Assembly: GCA_010405405.1 (NCBI GenBank)
Contig: MU004238.1
Coordinates: 1,375,530-1,439,529 of the forward strand
Direction: 5' to 3'
Source: Microthyrium microscopicum
Taxonomy: Eukaryota
DNA: 64,000 nt
Below the pieces are notes generated by a model. It made no database searches. It was not told the DNA's origin and was given only the letters and a program-made list of their open reading frames with translations. Shown piece after piece: positions 37,535 through 49,661 of this stretch. The stretch's first letter is position 1, and the number at the start of each line of letters is the position of its first letter. A program made the translations under genes and the position numbers.

Positions 37535-40500
37535 GATTGCGAGGTGATGCGTCTGAGGTCGTGTTTGGGAGAAAAGGAGGGCAATTGACGCAAGAAGAGG
37601 TTGTTTGGGCTATGTTTTTAGTTCAAGGCAATTTGCGGGATTTCTGTCTTTTGAAGGCTACGACGGCCGTGGACTTTTAGGCTAGTGACGTCGGCGGGGA
37701 TCGGACGGATTGATTGCTTTTTCTCTATACGGTGCTTGGGTTATTCTGATGATGTAGACGAATTGGAGTTGAGAGATATCGCTCCACTGCTGAGTTCTAC
37801 AAGTGGAGATGAAAAGGAAAATCAGCAGAGCTCGAAGCCATGTATGGAGGAGCTGGAGATACCTCTTGTCAGAGAGCTGTCGATTCCCCCACCATGCACT
37901 TTTCACGATAAGAAGACCCCTGTCCACACAAATTCTCACAAGGCTGCCAAGACAAGGCTGAAGCCTATCGTCCCTTCACTTCAACTCGATTGGAAAATTA
38001 GTTTCCTGATACAATTGCTGCGTTCATAACGAACGGACAATTAGTACCAAATGGAGAGGGGTAAGTTATACTCAAATCGAATGTCTCATTTTGCTTTACA
38101 TCTTTCATTCGCCATAACTGCGCTAACAGTGCCGACATTTCATCAAATAAGGTAGGCTAGAGATACAACCCCTAATTTGAATTGAGTTGGTAGGTATCGT
38201 AGTCGATGTAGATGTGGGTCGTCACTTCGTCGAGTCACTGGTCATGGTTTCAAAAAGTCCTCTTTAGGGGAGGCTGAGGCACGGGCAAGATCTCGTCTAC
38301 AAGGTATCGGATGTACATTTTCATTGGCGGATATGTATGCGGCTCTACATGTGTGATGTAGGAGACTACGTATCGACTAAGTACACTGGTAGGCTATCAC
38401 CACATCGTTCAGCACTTTCCCAGCCGACCAGCAGATTGTGTTCTATATCTTAGGCCCACAAGTCAACTCAAAGCCATCTTCGAAACAGTACGGCTAAAGG
38501 CATATTCATATGGTAAGGAACTTCGACAAAAAATTTCTCCTCATATTACTCATTGGAACAACCACCCATTTTTCTGGTCTGGACCGCCATCAGGCTGAAA
38601 TTGGCTATCACCGGTGCACTAATCCGGCCTGGTCTGAGATGGGTACGTCTGACCAGTTAAAGAAACCATGGAGTGGTCAGGAACTAAATGAGAATTTAGC
38701 TTCGCAACTAGTTTCCTTCAACATCGCCTGTTGTTTGTATACTTCAGTTCACAATATGACTCTGAGGGAATCTACAGGTCAGGATGGACTGATAAATTAA
38801 TTTAAGGTACAATACTGCTTTTCTTCAAAGCTACCTATCTAGAAGTGTTTACAGTTGCATATCATACATTCCATTATGGGCTTGGGAGCAGATTCGGTAG
38901 ATCATCCAATTCGTTTATATCCATGTAAGGCTCGAGCCACTATGGCTTCTTGAGCACTGAGTCCGCCAGTCTAGATCGCATAGAGCAAGTCTTTAGATAC
39001 TTTACAAGGATATGGCAGAAATATATTATGCTCCATCACTCAACCCAACCATTGATGGCCAAGTCAGCTTGATTTCCAAGATCTAGAATCTTATTGCTGC
39101 TCGACGCGGGTAGGATCTGACTGCAATCCTACCTAATATCATGGAAAATGCCCTTGCATCTTCGAGCGGCAATTAGATAATTCCCCTGATCAAGCAGGTA
39201 CTAATTATATGCCTATACGTAGTGATATATGTCTGTTGGAAAACGGGCTTTTCGTGCAGTTCGTCAAAACACATTCTCTCTACTAACTCACAACGAAGAC
39301 ATCTCTCAAATCACTTCATCCATTACATAGATAAGCTGCCCGATATACTTAACCACAATGTCAGCAAACCAATGCAACAGACCAAACCTAGGAACACCTC
39401 AGATGTACCTCTCTCCCAACCATACAGTGCTATTGGAGTTGTCTTCCCCTACCCCCTGAAATTATAAAATGGCGCTTTAGGCCGTAATTGGGTGGATCCG
39501 CGGGTGGAACTAGGCGTTATAGTGCAAATTTGTAGGGCGCCTCCCAATCGTAGCCTATTAGTAGTCCCTAAAAACTATTCTTCCTATATACTATATTTTA
39601 GGTCGCTTTTAAAGCCGTGTTAGTAACGTAGATAGCAGAATAATAGTATTTAATTACTACTTATTTATTACTTTATAATATCTTAAAATAGTAGTATTCC
39701 TACTAGTTAATGACGTTTAAAGCTCTTTAATAGTAATTATATCTTGACGGAGCTAATTAAGCTGTAATCTTAAGTTAGGTTCCTAAAGATATTAAAGCTA
39801 AAGTAGGTAGAAAGGTAGTATTCCTACTAGTAGAGTTAAAGATCTAGAGTTAAAGATGTTAAACGGCATAGGATTATTAGCGCTAAGGGCTGTTTTATTA
39901 GTAATTAGATTTAATAGTAGTAAAGAAGCTAAAGATCTAGTACTAGCAACGTTAATAGGGTGCTATTTTAAAGTTAATAAAGAAGTAAGAGCGACGACTA
40001 TAAGATATCCTATTAATCTAATCTAAAATTATTAAAATATACTTATTTAACGTTATTTTATCTTTAACGATTCCTTAATATCTTCTATATAATTTTCTAC
40101 TACTCTTTTAATACTAAAATACTTCTTAATACTATAGTTTATACTCATTAGGTTCTTAGTCCTATCTAATTCCTAAACTACTATATCTTAACGCGCGCTA
40201 TAAATAAATACTACGCGTTAGTACCTAAAAAGGCTATTAAATAGTTATTTAAGATTTTAGCGAACGTAGGTAGAAATCCTTTATTAAAAACGCTTACGCT
40301 AGCCCTAAAGGCTCTAACTATATCTTCTTATCTTAAATACTCTATTTCTATATTTTATACTAAACCTATACTATTACTTATTCTTTATAATAAAGTTAAT
40401 ATAAATATTATTATTCCTAATTATTTATTAATACTACTAGCTTCTTAGGTTTAACTAAATAAGTATTCTTTATAATAAGATAGTAAGACTTAAGATATCT

Positions 40501-40559
40501 TAAAGTACGCTATAGATAAATTATATTTTTAAAATATTAATATTACTTAACCCTCTTTA

Positions 40560-41996
40560 ATTAAAGCAATCTAAAATATCCTTAATACTACTTAAGATAT
40601 TATTCGTAAGTATTAATATAGCTTAAACTACGTTAAAGAGACGTATTTACTTAGAACTAATACCTAAAACGCTATAATAGATAGCGCTTAGTATTCTAAG
40701 ATTTTTTTACTTAATTTTAGCGCCCTAGTTCCCTAGATTAACTCTACGCTAATAGCTCTACTAGTACTTAAATTCTCTTCTAAAATTACTATTATTACTA
40801 AGATCTAAAAGCGAGAAATAGCTACTATTAAGAATAAATTTAAATATCTTTATTAGAGTCTAGTTAAAGGCTTTAAAAAGACTTAGGAATAGCTTAATCT
40901 ACGCCTTAAAGAGTAAGGAATAATATATAGTTCTACTATCTTAATATAGACGTTTTTAAAGTAATAAATAAAGAGAGAAACTAAAGATTTTTAATATAGC
41001 TTTAGTATTAATATAGACTTAAGTAATAGAAAGCTTAGTAGTATTCTTACTCTAATTTAGTACTAAATTACTTACTAGTATAAGTCTAATTTCCGTAAGA
41101 ACTCTTAACGCGTTAGTAATCTAGAATAGGAAATTATATTTAGTATTACTAAGCCTAAACGACCTTTTCTACTATCCGTAATAGTAGCTAAGATACTAGA
41201 ATAGGTTAAACTATACTATAAAGAATAATAGTAGCGTGTAAATTCTACTTTATAATTTATACTATTAATAGATAAATATTTATATTAAAAGGAAAAATAT
41301 CTAAATAATCTTAATAAAGGATATTACTTTATAGATTCTCGTAATAAGTATATCTTCCTTATATTTAACAATTTAAATAATTAGGCTTAAGTAATAGCAA
41401 AGGGTAAATATACTATTAAATTACTACCTAATATTATAATATTAAACTTATTAAAAGGTACTACTGTTTAATAAGCTTACTATTAATATTAAATAATAAT
41501 AGTATTAAATTCTACTTCGTAACCTATTTATATTAATATTTACCATAATTAAGAAAGCTTAAACTTACTTAATAGGGCCTCTAGTAGGGTGTAGAGTAGT
41601 TAGAACTAGTATACGTGCTTAAGCTCTCTACTATATCGTAGCGAATTAGATATAGCTTTAAGTTTAATCCCTAAGCTACTATTAGTCTAAAAATACTATC
41701 TAGAGAACGAATTTAATACATTTAATAGCTAGTACAACATTAATTTAGGTTTCTAATAGCATTTAGTGTTTTTAGCTATTATTAAGGCTCTTTAAAATAA
41801 AGGATATTATTTAGGCTATATAGTAAATTAAGATTATACTTAATTTAAGAGCTTTTTAATAGGGGTTACGATTTAGGATTTTAACGACATAATTAAACTT
41901 TATAAGAAATTTATTACTAATTTTTATTAGTACTATATATATTAGATTTCTCTTCTTAATAATACTAGTTTTAAGTTAAATAAATAAGATTTATAG
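40560..41996 (+). pseudogene. RIP-inactivated cargo ORF (~480 aa, start unresolved) with Cys/His motif
   Basis: One continuous frame read by eye from ~40730 to ~41996 contains only TAA/TAG stops, all revertible to CAA/CAG/TGG/CGA. Conserved in copy 1 with an in-frame 9-nt indel. Confidence 0.65.
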
Positions 41997-42069
41997 TAGT
42001 AGTAGTTTAATATTAAATTCTTATTATAATATAAAGAAGTTAGGATTAGAAGTAATAATTAAAGCTATT

Positions 42070-43176
42070 TCCTAGATATTCCTATATAACCCTATGCTCT
42101 AAGGGATTTTAGTATTCTTTATAATATAACTACTATATTAAATATGCCCTTTAGCTTACTTCCTACTAGGTACTCCTTTACCTAAAACTTTAATTTTAAT
42201 ACTTAAAAACTACTTAAAAGACATAGAATTCTTATAGCTATACTACTAGCGGTTGTTCGTCTTTAATTAGGCCTTTAAATTACTAAAAAACTCTTTAATT
42301 AGATTAAAATCTAAGTAGTAAGGCGGTAGGAATTCTAATTATATCCTTATAGTTCTAAATATTTTATAAACCTCTTTACTATAATAAAAGGACGCGTTAT
42401 TTATAATAATAATACTATAAAGAAGAGGATAAGGCTAATAGATATCTAGAAGCTTATTTTTATATTACTAAGTAAATCTATTATTGTCATTATTAGCTTT
42501 ATAGATATCTACTAATAGAATACTATTAATACTATATATTAGTAGGATATTATACTATTTAGTAATATTACTAATATTCTTTAATTTTTACTTATCTAAT
42601 ATTAAGAAGCTTTTAATATTAGGTTTAATACCTACTTTACTCTACCTTATTATTCTTAAGATGTTAGTAATTCTATACCCTACTTTATTAATAAAGATAA
42701 GCTATTAAGAAATATATTTCAATATATAGAGATAGTATTTATAATAAGCTTTAGTAGAGCGCTAAGTAGTAATAACCTTTAATTATAAGATATAAGAATG
42801 CGTCCCCTAGTAATAGTTTATTACTAACCTTCTTTTTAGTATATTTATACCTATTTAGGACTTGTAAGATTACTATCTAACTAGTAATAAGCCTAAATAT
42901 ATCCTAAATAAACTTATATATTTTAAACTAAGTTAAATTAGGTTAGTAAAGTAGGTATTTAAATAACGCGACCCGTATATTAAAATTAATAATTAGTAGA
43001 GGTCTTAGCTACACCTTTATAGGTTTAAACGATCCTCTAATTCTTAGTATTTAACGCTAATATTTAATAGTATCTTTATAATATTTAATAGCTTTAACAA
43101 CGGATAACGTTAAGTAGCTAAGCTTAATTATATCCTTTACTTATTTTTGGCAATAAGCGTCAAGATATATTAGTAT
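42070..43176 (-). pseudogene. RIP-inactivated DD34E transposase, copy 2
   Basis: (D)NASF(H)(H)S at ~42380-42405 and LEFLPPY..DFN.I.EFF..LKA at ~42270-42340, with 34 residues between the D and E. The 3' end is approximate. Confidence 0.85.
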
Positions 43177-44103
43177 ATTAAAGAGTCATTTGGTACAGTA
43201 TTAAAATACTAAAAATTAAAATATTTAATAAAGATTTAGCTTTAGAATTAATAATAATGTAATTTAGGAAGAGGATAGAGTTAGTAAGTTTAATCTAAGG
43301 GGCTACGCTGCTAAATTTGTATACTAACGCACTCTTTAAATCCTTCCGCCCTCCAATTAGGCCCTAAAGCGCCATTTTATAATTTCAGGGCTGGGGGAAG
43401 ACAACTCCAATAGCACTGTAGCACCCTCTAACCCTCCACTAACATTCCACCAGCTACGAATCCTTCCCCGTCTGTTCCTACCGCTCCCAATACGACCAAC
43501 ACCAAGCAGCCTCCAAATGCTGCTCCTTTTCCATCCAAGGCTTCCAATGCTAGGCCTTCTGCAAAGTCGAACAATCAAATTTTGACACCTGGACCAGCTG
43601 TATGAAAGCGGAAAACGCCACCTGGGGACTGAGTTGTCAAGCGGCCGACCAGTCACCACTCTTGACTCATACGGGTCCGTTGCCAGCTTCTTATACACAG
43701 CCTCATTCGCCGGAGCCATATACACGCCTACAGGCGCTGGAGACACCAGTGGTGAAGGAGGTGTTGAGGAGGGATGTGGCTGCCACGACTACGTCAATTG
43801 GGCCTCCAATACCGACTGGACCGCATACGAATCAGACGCATTCGCATTCAGTGTCTTCAGCTTCAGCGGCTGCGACGACGGATGCGAAGAAGGGTGGTTC
43901 AGTGAAGGGGTTTGCCTCGATGGGTGGTGTTATGTGTGCTTTGTTGGTCGTTGCTGGTTTTGCTCTATAGAAGTCACTGAAGTTATAGGAGGCATGAAGT
44001 AATGTAAATGTATAAATGCAATTGTATCATTAAATCTGGGGTATTGTGCATATGTTAATATAATGGCAAGTCGTCATAAGTGTCATAAGATCATTTAGTC
44101 TTT

Positions 44104-46642
44104 TCATCTCAACTCCTTCTCTGCAGCGAAACTGATCGGCTCGCTTTCATGGATCATGATTGTTGGGGTGGTGGTGTTTGAATTGGTTTGCGTCAGGTCG
44201 CGGATTACTTCTTTGGCTTTTCGGAGATCTTTACGGTAGCCTTTGACGTCGAGCTTGTAGAGTACGATATCGTGCAAGTAGTACTCGATCTCACTCTCTA
44301 GCTCATCGATACGACCTCTTGATTCGTTGGCATCAATTGAATCGGTTGGAGATCGTGGCTCGGTGTCATTGCCCTTGAGGTAGCCGGCAGCCCGTTGACG
44401 TACGATGTTGATGGCATCCTCGAGGTTGGGGTTCTTCTGGAGGAATGGGAGGGATGGATGTTTGCGCGCATGATCGTCAATGGTGGTGCGGCGGATCTCG
44501 GCGTGTAAGAGGTTGGCGTATTGGTCGCGCTCGATGCGTACTGTGCGGAGTGCTTCCTGCATCTCCACCACTTTGCGGCCGGGCGAGGACGGTGGTGATG
44601 TGCGGGCCTTGAGGATGCTGACTTCAGCTTGGAGGCGCGCGTTTTGGGCTTCAAGGATAGATGCGGTTTGAGCCGACCCTTGGTTGGTGGCCATAAGAGT
44701 GCTGATTACTTGGGTCTTTTCATTGAGGCGTTGCTGGGCATCCTCAAGCTGGAAGGTCATCTCAGCGAGTGCAGTAGGGAGGTCGGAGTTGGGTGAACGA
44801 GTCTTGAGTTCTGCCTCCAGGATTTCGTTGCGGTGCTGCAGCTCCTTGAACTTGGCTAGCAAGTCATCACCAGCAGGAGACTGAGGAGGAGTATTCTTGA
44901 TAGCGTGTAATTCATCCATAGCTTGCTTCAGTTGTTTCTTGGTCGAGCAGACTTCTTGACGAACTTGGAGATTGCCTTCGAGCACGTCGACCTTTTGCGC
45001 GTTGACATCCTGTAATTTTGCTTCTAGACGCTCCGAGTTCTTCTTCTCTGCTTCCAATTGCTCCTTGACCGTAGAGTTTTTCTTCAGCTCTCCCTCGTAC
45101 TTTGCTTCCATGATGGCCAGATCGTTCTTCGCCGCATGGAAATCATTCTGTATAGCTTGCTCACTGACCTTGGCTTCTCGTAGCCGGCCTAGTATCTTTT
45201 GGATGTTCTCATCTGCTTCCTTGTTCGCACGGATTAATGCCGCTTTTTCATGCTCAAACTCGTTAAGGCGTGCAGACATGAACTCCAGGCGCTGTTTGAC
45301 CTGATCGTTTTCCATAAGGCTCGCGTGCGCCTGTTTCCTCTCGTCGCCGTACGCCTGCTGCGAATCACGCATCCTTGCGTCCTGTCCACTGTTGTCCGCA
45401 GCAAATGTTGCTGCTCTCATTGGTGTTTGCGGCATAGATTGGGTGCCGGAGGGTCCAACAGCGGGAAAGTACGAGTCGGTTGGTCTTGAGGAACTACGGA
45501 CATGCCCAGATGGGTTGTTTGGTGCGTTTGCATATTGTGGCTGGCGAGTTGGTGTGGCAAGTCCACGCTCGGGACTGGCGTTGGTGTTCTTCCGACTCCA
45601 GCCGCCTTGAAGTTCTTGGAGCTCGGTGATGGTTGCAGTCAGTGTGCCTTCAACTTCATCTAGTATCGATGCAGGTGGGAACAGCGACGATGTTGTTGTA
45701 TTCTGTGAGTTGCTTCTGGATCGTTGCCTTTGCACGCGAGAGCTGGCATTGCTAGGATCTCTAGTTGGTATTGTGGATTGAGATCCTCTCCTGGCATGGA
45801 TGGTTGAGTTTATGGAAGGCATCAATGTATATGAACCCTTGCTTGAACTCCTTTCAGGTCTTGATGAGCTGCCGCGTGGAGAACTGTTGTCTGTTGTGTT
45901 TGGTCGCGAAATTGGAGAAGTGACGCGTCGAGACCCCAGGTCATTGCCATTTTGATTTCTTTTCGAGTCAATGTCCACGGCCAAAGGCAGTGGTTTGTCC
46001 TCCCATGACATGACATATTTGGGTGCGCTGCCAATGGGAGTAGTCTTGGAGCGTCTTCTTGTGATATGGGGATCCGCTGTTTTGGGTCTTAGTGGTTCGA
46101 TGGATGGCGCGACGAAATGGTCAGAGGCAGCCGAAGGTCTTCGGCTGTGTAAACGACTTGGAGCTGGAGAAGGTGATGATCTCGGAGAGCGTTCTTCAAG
46201 AGCAGGAAAGTTTGAGAATATGGTATTGTCGTGCAAAGGTGGCGTTGTTGGGTTTTCGGTAGGAGTCGCATCACGAGATGAGGATCTGAGAAATGAATGG
46301 CGACCAATGTTAAGCTTCGGTGTCTGAAAAGAGATCATAGTTAGTATATTGATTCATTGTATGAAAAGTTCGAGCACGAATATCATAAGTTGTGTTTGAT
46401 AGTGACAAGGTCATGGGTCCCAATTCACTGCAGAGTTGAGGAGGCACAGGGTAGTATTCGCGTATGGATCAACTTGCCTTTTTGATAGGACTAGGCCCTG
46501 TGGTTGGTACCTTGCTGAGGCGAGTATGCTTTTCTGGGGATTTCTCGCGGGCTTTCAACTCTTCAATAGAAACTAGACCACCAATTCCACTACCAATGTT
46601 TGGCTTGCGCTCGCCGCGCCAGGAACTAAACTTGCCCATCAT
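44104..46642 (-). CDS. Large coiled-coil protein with Ser/Arg/Pro-rich N-terminus, function unknown
   Basis: 744-aa ORF with C-terminal YYLHDIVLYKLDVKGYRKDLR. The first exon joins in frame via a GC-AG intron at 46324-46477. Confidence 0.8.
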
Positions 46643-48052
46643 TCTGTGAAATGGTTTGGTCAATTGTTCATGATCTTGCGTCAGCAGGTGCTTGATATAA
46701 GATCAGGGGAGGCTGGTGTAGAGGATTTGTCAGGGGGCGAATGAACAGATGAGAGAAGCGGAATAGTGTTCAAGTTGAAGGTGGATGGCATGAAGAACAT
46801 ATGCTCCTTTCAAGAACAGCTCATGTGAGGCATAGTACATCAGTCCGTGGGTTGGGAATCGACAAGCGCACAGGCATATTGCTTTTTCGCAACGCTAGAC
46901 GGACCACTCAGCGTCCGAGGGCGAAGCGCTCACCGTTGTCTCGTTGGGTGGCATGAAGAATGCTTGCCAGTTTGCTGGAGCTGTTACCCTTAGAGCATCA
47001 GAATCCTACCTATCACTAGGTTCATCGGCTACTCCCCACCGCTCTGGGGTTATACAGATGCATGGCGGGCTTTGAAAATGAGAAAAAGCTTGGACAACTA
47101 CAGGCTCCCCAGAAGCCGCTCTACAATGACAAGTTACTCACCAGAGTGAGTAATGGGGAAAGGCTGATGAATCAAAGATGGAACAGGGGAGGAACGCGGT
47201 GAGGCGAGATATCGTGCATATTGAATGCATAGGGGCTGTGTTGTCATGCAGATGAATATCGGCTTGCCGATGTATAAAGATTCTCGGCATACATATGGTT
47301 ACGCCGCTACAGTGGTGGAGTGAAGTATTAGTATCAGAGAAATTGGATTATTATGCTCCTATATTGTCTTATCTGACACTTTTTGACTTTGGCTGGACAA
47401 TCACGAGCATGCTCATCATGTGCATCTTCACCGTGTTATCAACCACTATGCCAGCTTCGAAAGAGTCAACGAAAATACTGATCAGACCATATCTATGGTA
47501 TGACTGTTGCCTCGAGCTTATGATTCGAGATCAAAGGGCCTCATTGATGATAGCCGTATGAGTTGCGAGGCCAGTTCAATATCCAATAATGATAGTCCCA
47601 GCCACCTCTTTGCCTGCAATGTGAGACTGGTTCATCGTGACAAAAATCCTAGATCGTACCCCAGAATCAGGCGACCAGTGAGTTGTAGATCGACCACATG
47701 TTTGTATTCCGATACAATGTTACAGTGACACCCTACATGTATGTAGGTTCAGTAAGAGTCGGGAGAGGGAAGTTAAGCGCGTCAATCGCGCATGCTGCAT
47801 GTGGACCGTAGGGCCAAGCGTGCCTTCCAAAGTTGCAGCCCTGTACCAAAAGTGGTGGTTTGCACCTGCCACAGCCCACGGTCCCACGGCCCGAAACTTT
47901 CTTCGACTCAGCCTCATTTTTCACCCTGCACACCACGCTTTTGCACGCCCTTCTTAACTTTCTGTGACCGCCTTTTCTACCACTTGCTTAGCCAAGCAAT
48001 AATCCTTTACATTCCTCCCTACCTCCTACTTTGTACTTTGTTCCTCGGCCCA

Positions 48053-49135
48053 ATGCCTCCGCCTCGAGACAGCCCTGACGCTGACTCCCATCGGCCTCGC
48101 CGACACCACCATTCTCGGAGCACGCGAGACGATGAAATGAGCGGAGTCAATCACCGCTCTGCCGATGACCTGCAGGACCGCGTGCCAAGTCGCCGAAAAC
48201 GCAGTCGCAGTCGCAGCCGCGAGAGCAAACGGCGGAGACATCACAGCGCAAGTCGTTCCGCCAGTCCTGTGCGGCGGGACCGGGAGAAGCGAAGACATGG
48301 CAGTTCAGATGGATCTGCTAGTCCACCCGCGCGGCGCGAGAAGGACAAAACCACTGGCGAAAAAAGCATAGAACGGGCACATCGATCACATAAGGATAGA
48401 GATCACAATAGACGACGGAGCCGCTCGCGAGACCATCGCCATCGCGATGATAAACATCGTTCCGATCGGAGAAGAAAACACCACTCGCGCTCCCGATCGC
48501 CGCCTGCTTCACCATCCAAACGCGCACGCTACGAACGGAAACGCTCGACTAGCCCCTATCAAAAGTCTCGTAAACCACTGCCCTCTCAAGACGAGTCGTT
48601 CCGCGGTAAAGAGCATGGTGGTGCGCCAAATGGCGAAGGCGAGGATGTAGTTGTGCTGCAAAAAGCCAACTTCCGTCAAACAGGCCTGCTAGCACAAGAA
48701 GCCAATCGAGTTGAGGGCACGGATATTGTGCTGAAATATGCAGAACCTCCGGACGCTCGACAACCGCCCGCTTCGCAGGATTGGAGACTCTATGTGTTCA
48801 AGGGCGCAGAGACGCTGGATACAGTACCGCTCTGGACGCGCTCGTGCTGGCTAATGGGACGAGAGGGCCGAGTAGTGGACATGCGCGTAGAACATCCCAG
48901 TGCAAGCAAGCAACATGCGGTCATACAATTTAAATACGTAACTCGTACAAATGAGTTTGGCGACAAGAAGAGTATGGTCAAGCCATACTTGATTGACTTG
49001 GACAGTGCGAATGGCACCTCATTGAATGGCGACAGAATCCCAGGAAGCCGGTATATCGAAGTCAAGAGTGGAGATGTGCTACGTATTGGACTAAGTGAGC
49101 GAGAGTATGTATTCATGCTCCCTCCAAAGACCTAG
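48053..49135 (+). CDS. PML1: FHA-domain RES-complex splicing factor SNIP1/Pml1
   Basis: RS-rich N-terminus and motifs LKYAEPPDAR, WRLYVFKG, HPSASKQHAVIQF and PYLIDLDSANGT. Confidence 0.9.
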   Translation: MPPPRDSPDADSHRPRRHHHSRSTRDDEMSGVNHRSADDLQDRVPSRRKRSRSRSRESKRRRHHSASRSASPVRRDREKRRHGSSDGSASPPARREKDKTTGEKSIERAHRSHKDRDHNRRRSRSRDHRHRDDKHRSDRRRKHHSRSRSPPASPSKRARYERKRSTSPYQKSRKPLPSQDESFRGKEHGGAPNGEGEDVVVLQKANFRQTGLLAQEANRVEGTDIVLKYAEPPDARQPPASQDWRLYVFKGAETLDTVPLWTRSCWLMGREGRVVDMRVEHPSASKQHAVIQFKYVTRTNEFGDKKSMVKPYLIDLDSANGTSLNGDRIPGSRYIEVKSGDVLRIGLSEREYVFMLPPKT

Positions 49136-49661
49136 ATCTCAATTGAAAATCGCTGGCCTGAGCATCAACTACAGCACTCGCAGTGACAAGTGCTATTCCT
49201 ATCAAAATGTACTCATTCGAGGTTCTCTAGGTCCAAGGTTTTATATGAGAGTGACCCCGAGATATTGGCGAGCGTACGAAAGGGCTGGATCTATACAATA
49301 TTCCCAATAGGTGCCGTGGCTCTCATCGCATCACAAATTGCCGCAATGTTCATGCCACCTCTACACATTGTGAACACCTTGTCAATGTAGGTTTCTCTAA
49401 AGTGCACAGTTTGGACCCGCATGGTCACTCTTAAGCCTTGAGGTGAAATTGCAGCCTCTATGTCAACCTAACAACATAGCCTTTGTTACCTACAATGGAC
49501 CTCAACCACCCATATTCACTCTTGACTAACCTCAGACCGCTTTCACGCAAACTCCACGGCATATGGTTTCTCGATATATCACCCGAGGGCGCGCTATCAA
49601 AGCAGATTCGAAGCAAAGTCGCTCCTTCATCATCGAACCATCATCGACAGTGCTGGTCTAG

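Larger units (their letters stand above)
39425..43418. mobile_element. Full-length Tc1/IS630-like TIR transposon with two convergent genes, copy 2 (3,994 bp, RIP-mutated)
   Basis: ~66-bp TIR CAGTGCTATTGGAGTTGTCTTCCCC...CCCTGAAATTATAAAATGGCGCTTTAGG at both ends. TA duplication at 39423-24 and 43419-20. Confidence 0.95.
39358..43970 (+). pseudogene. Small Cys-rich protein with GPI-like hydrophobic C-terminus; intron interrupted by transposon, premature TAG
   Basis: Exon 1 is 39358-39404 (MSANQCNRPNLGTPQ) with a GTACCT donor. Branch ACTAAC at 43438 and CAG at 43451-53. Exon 2 reads YESFPVC...KCC...QC*AFC...WTSCM...SC, then an S/T/P-rich stretch and a hydrophobic tail. Confidence 0.75.

Noticed and set aside
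37685..39300. Short ORFs between gpmI and the transposon
   Set aside because: No homology cues or convincing splice structure.
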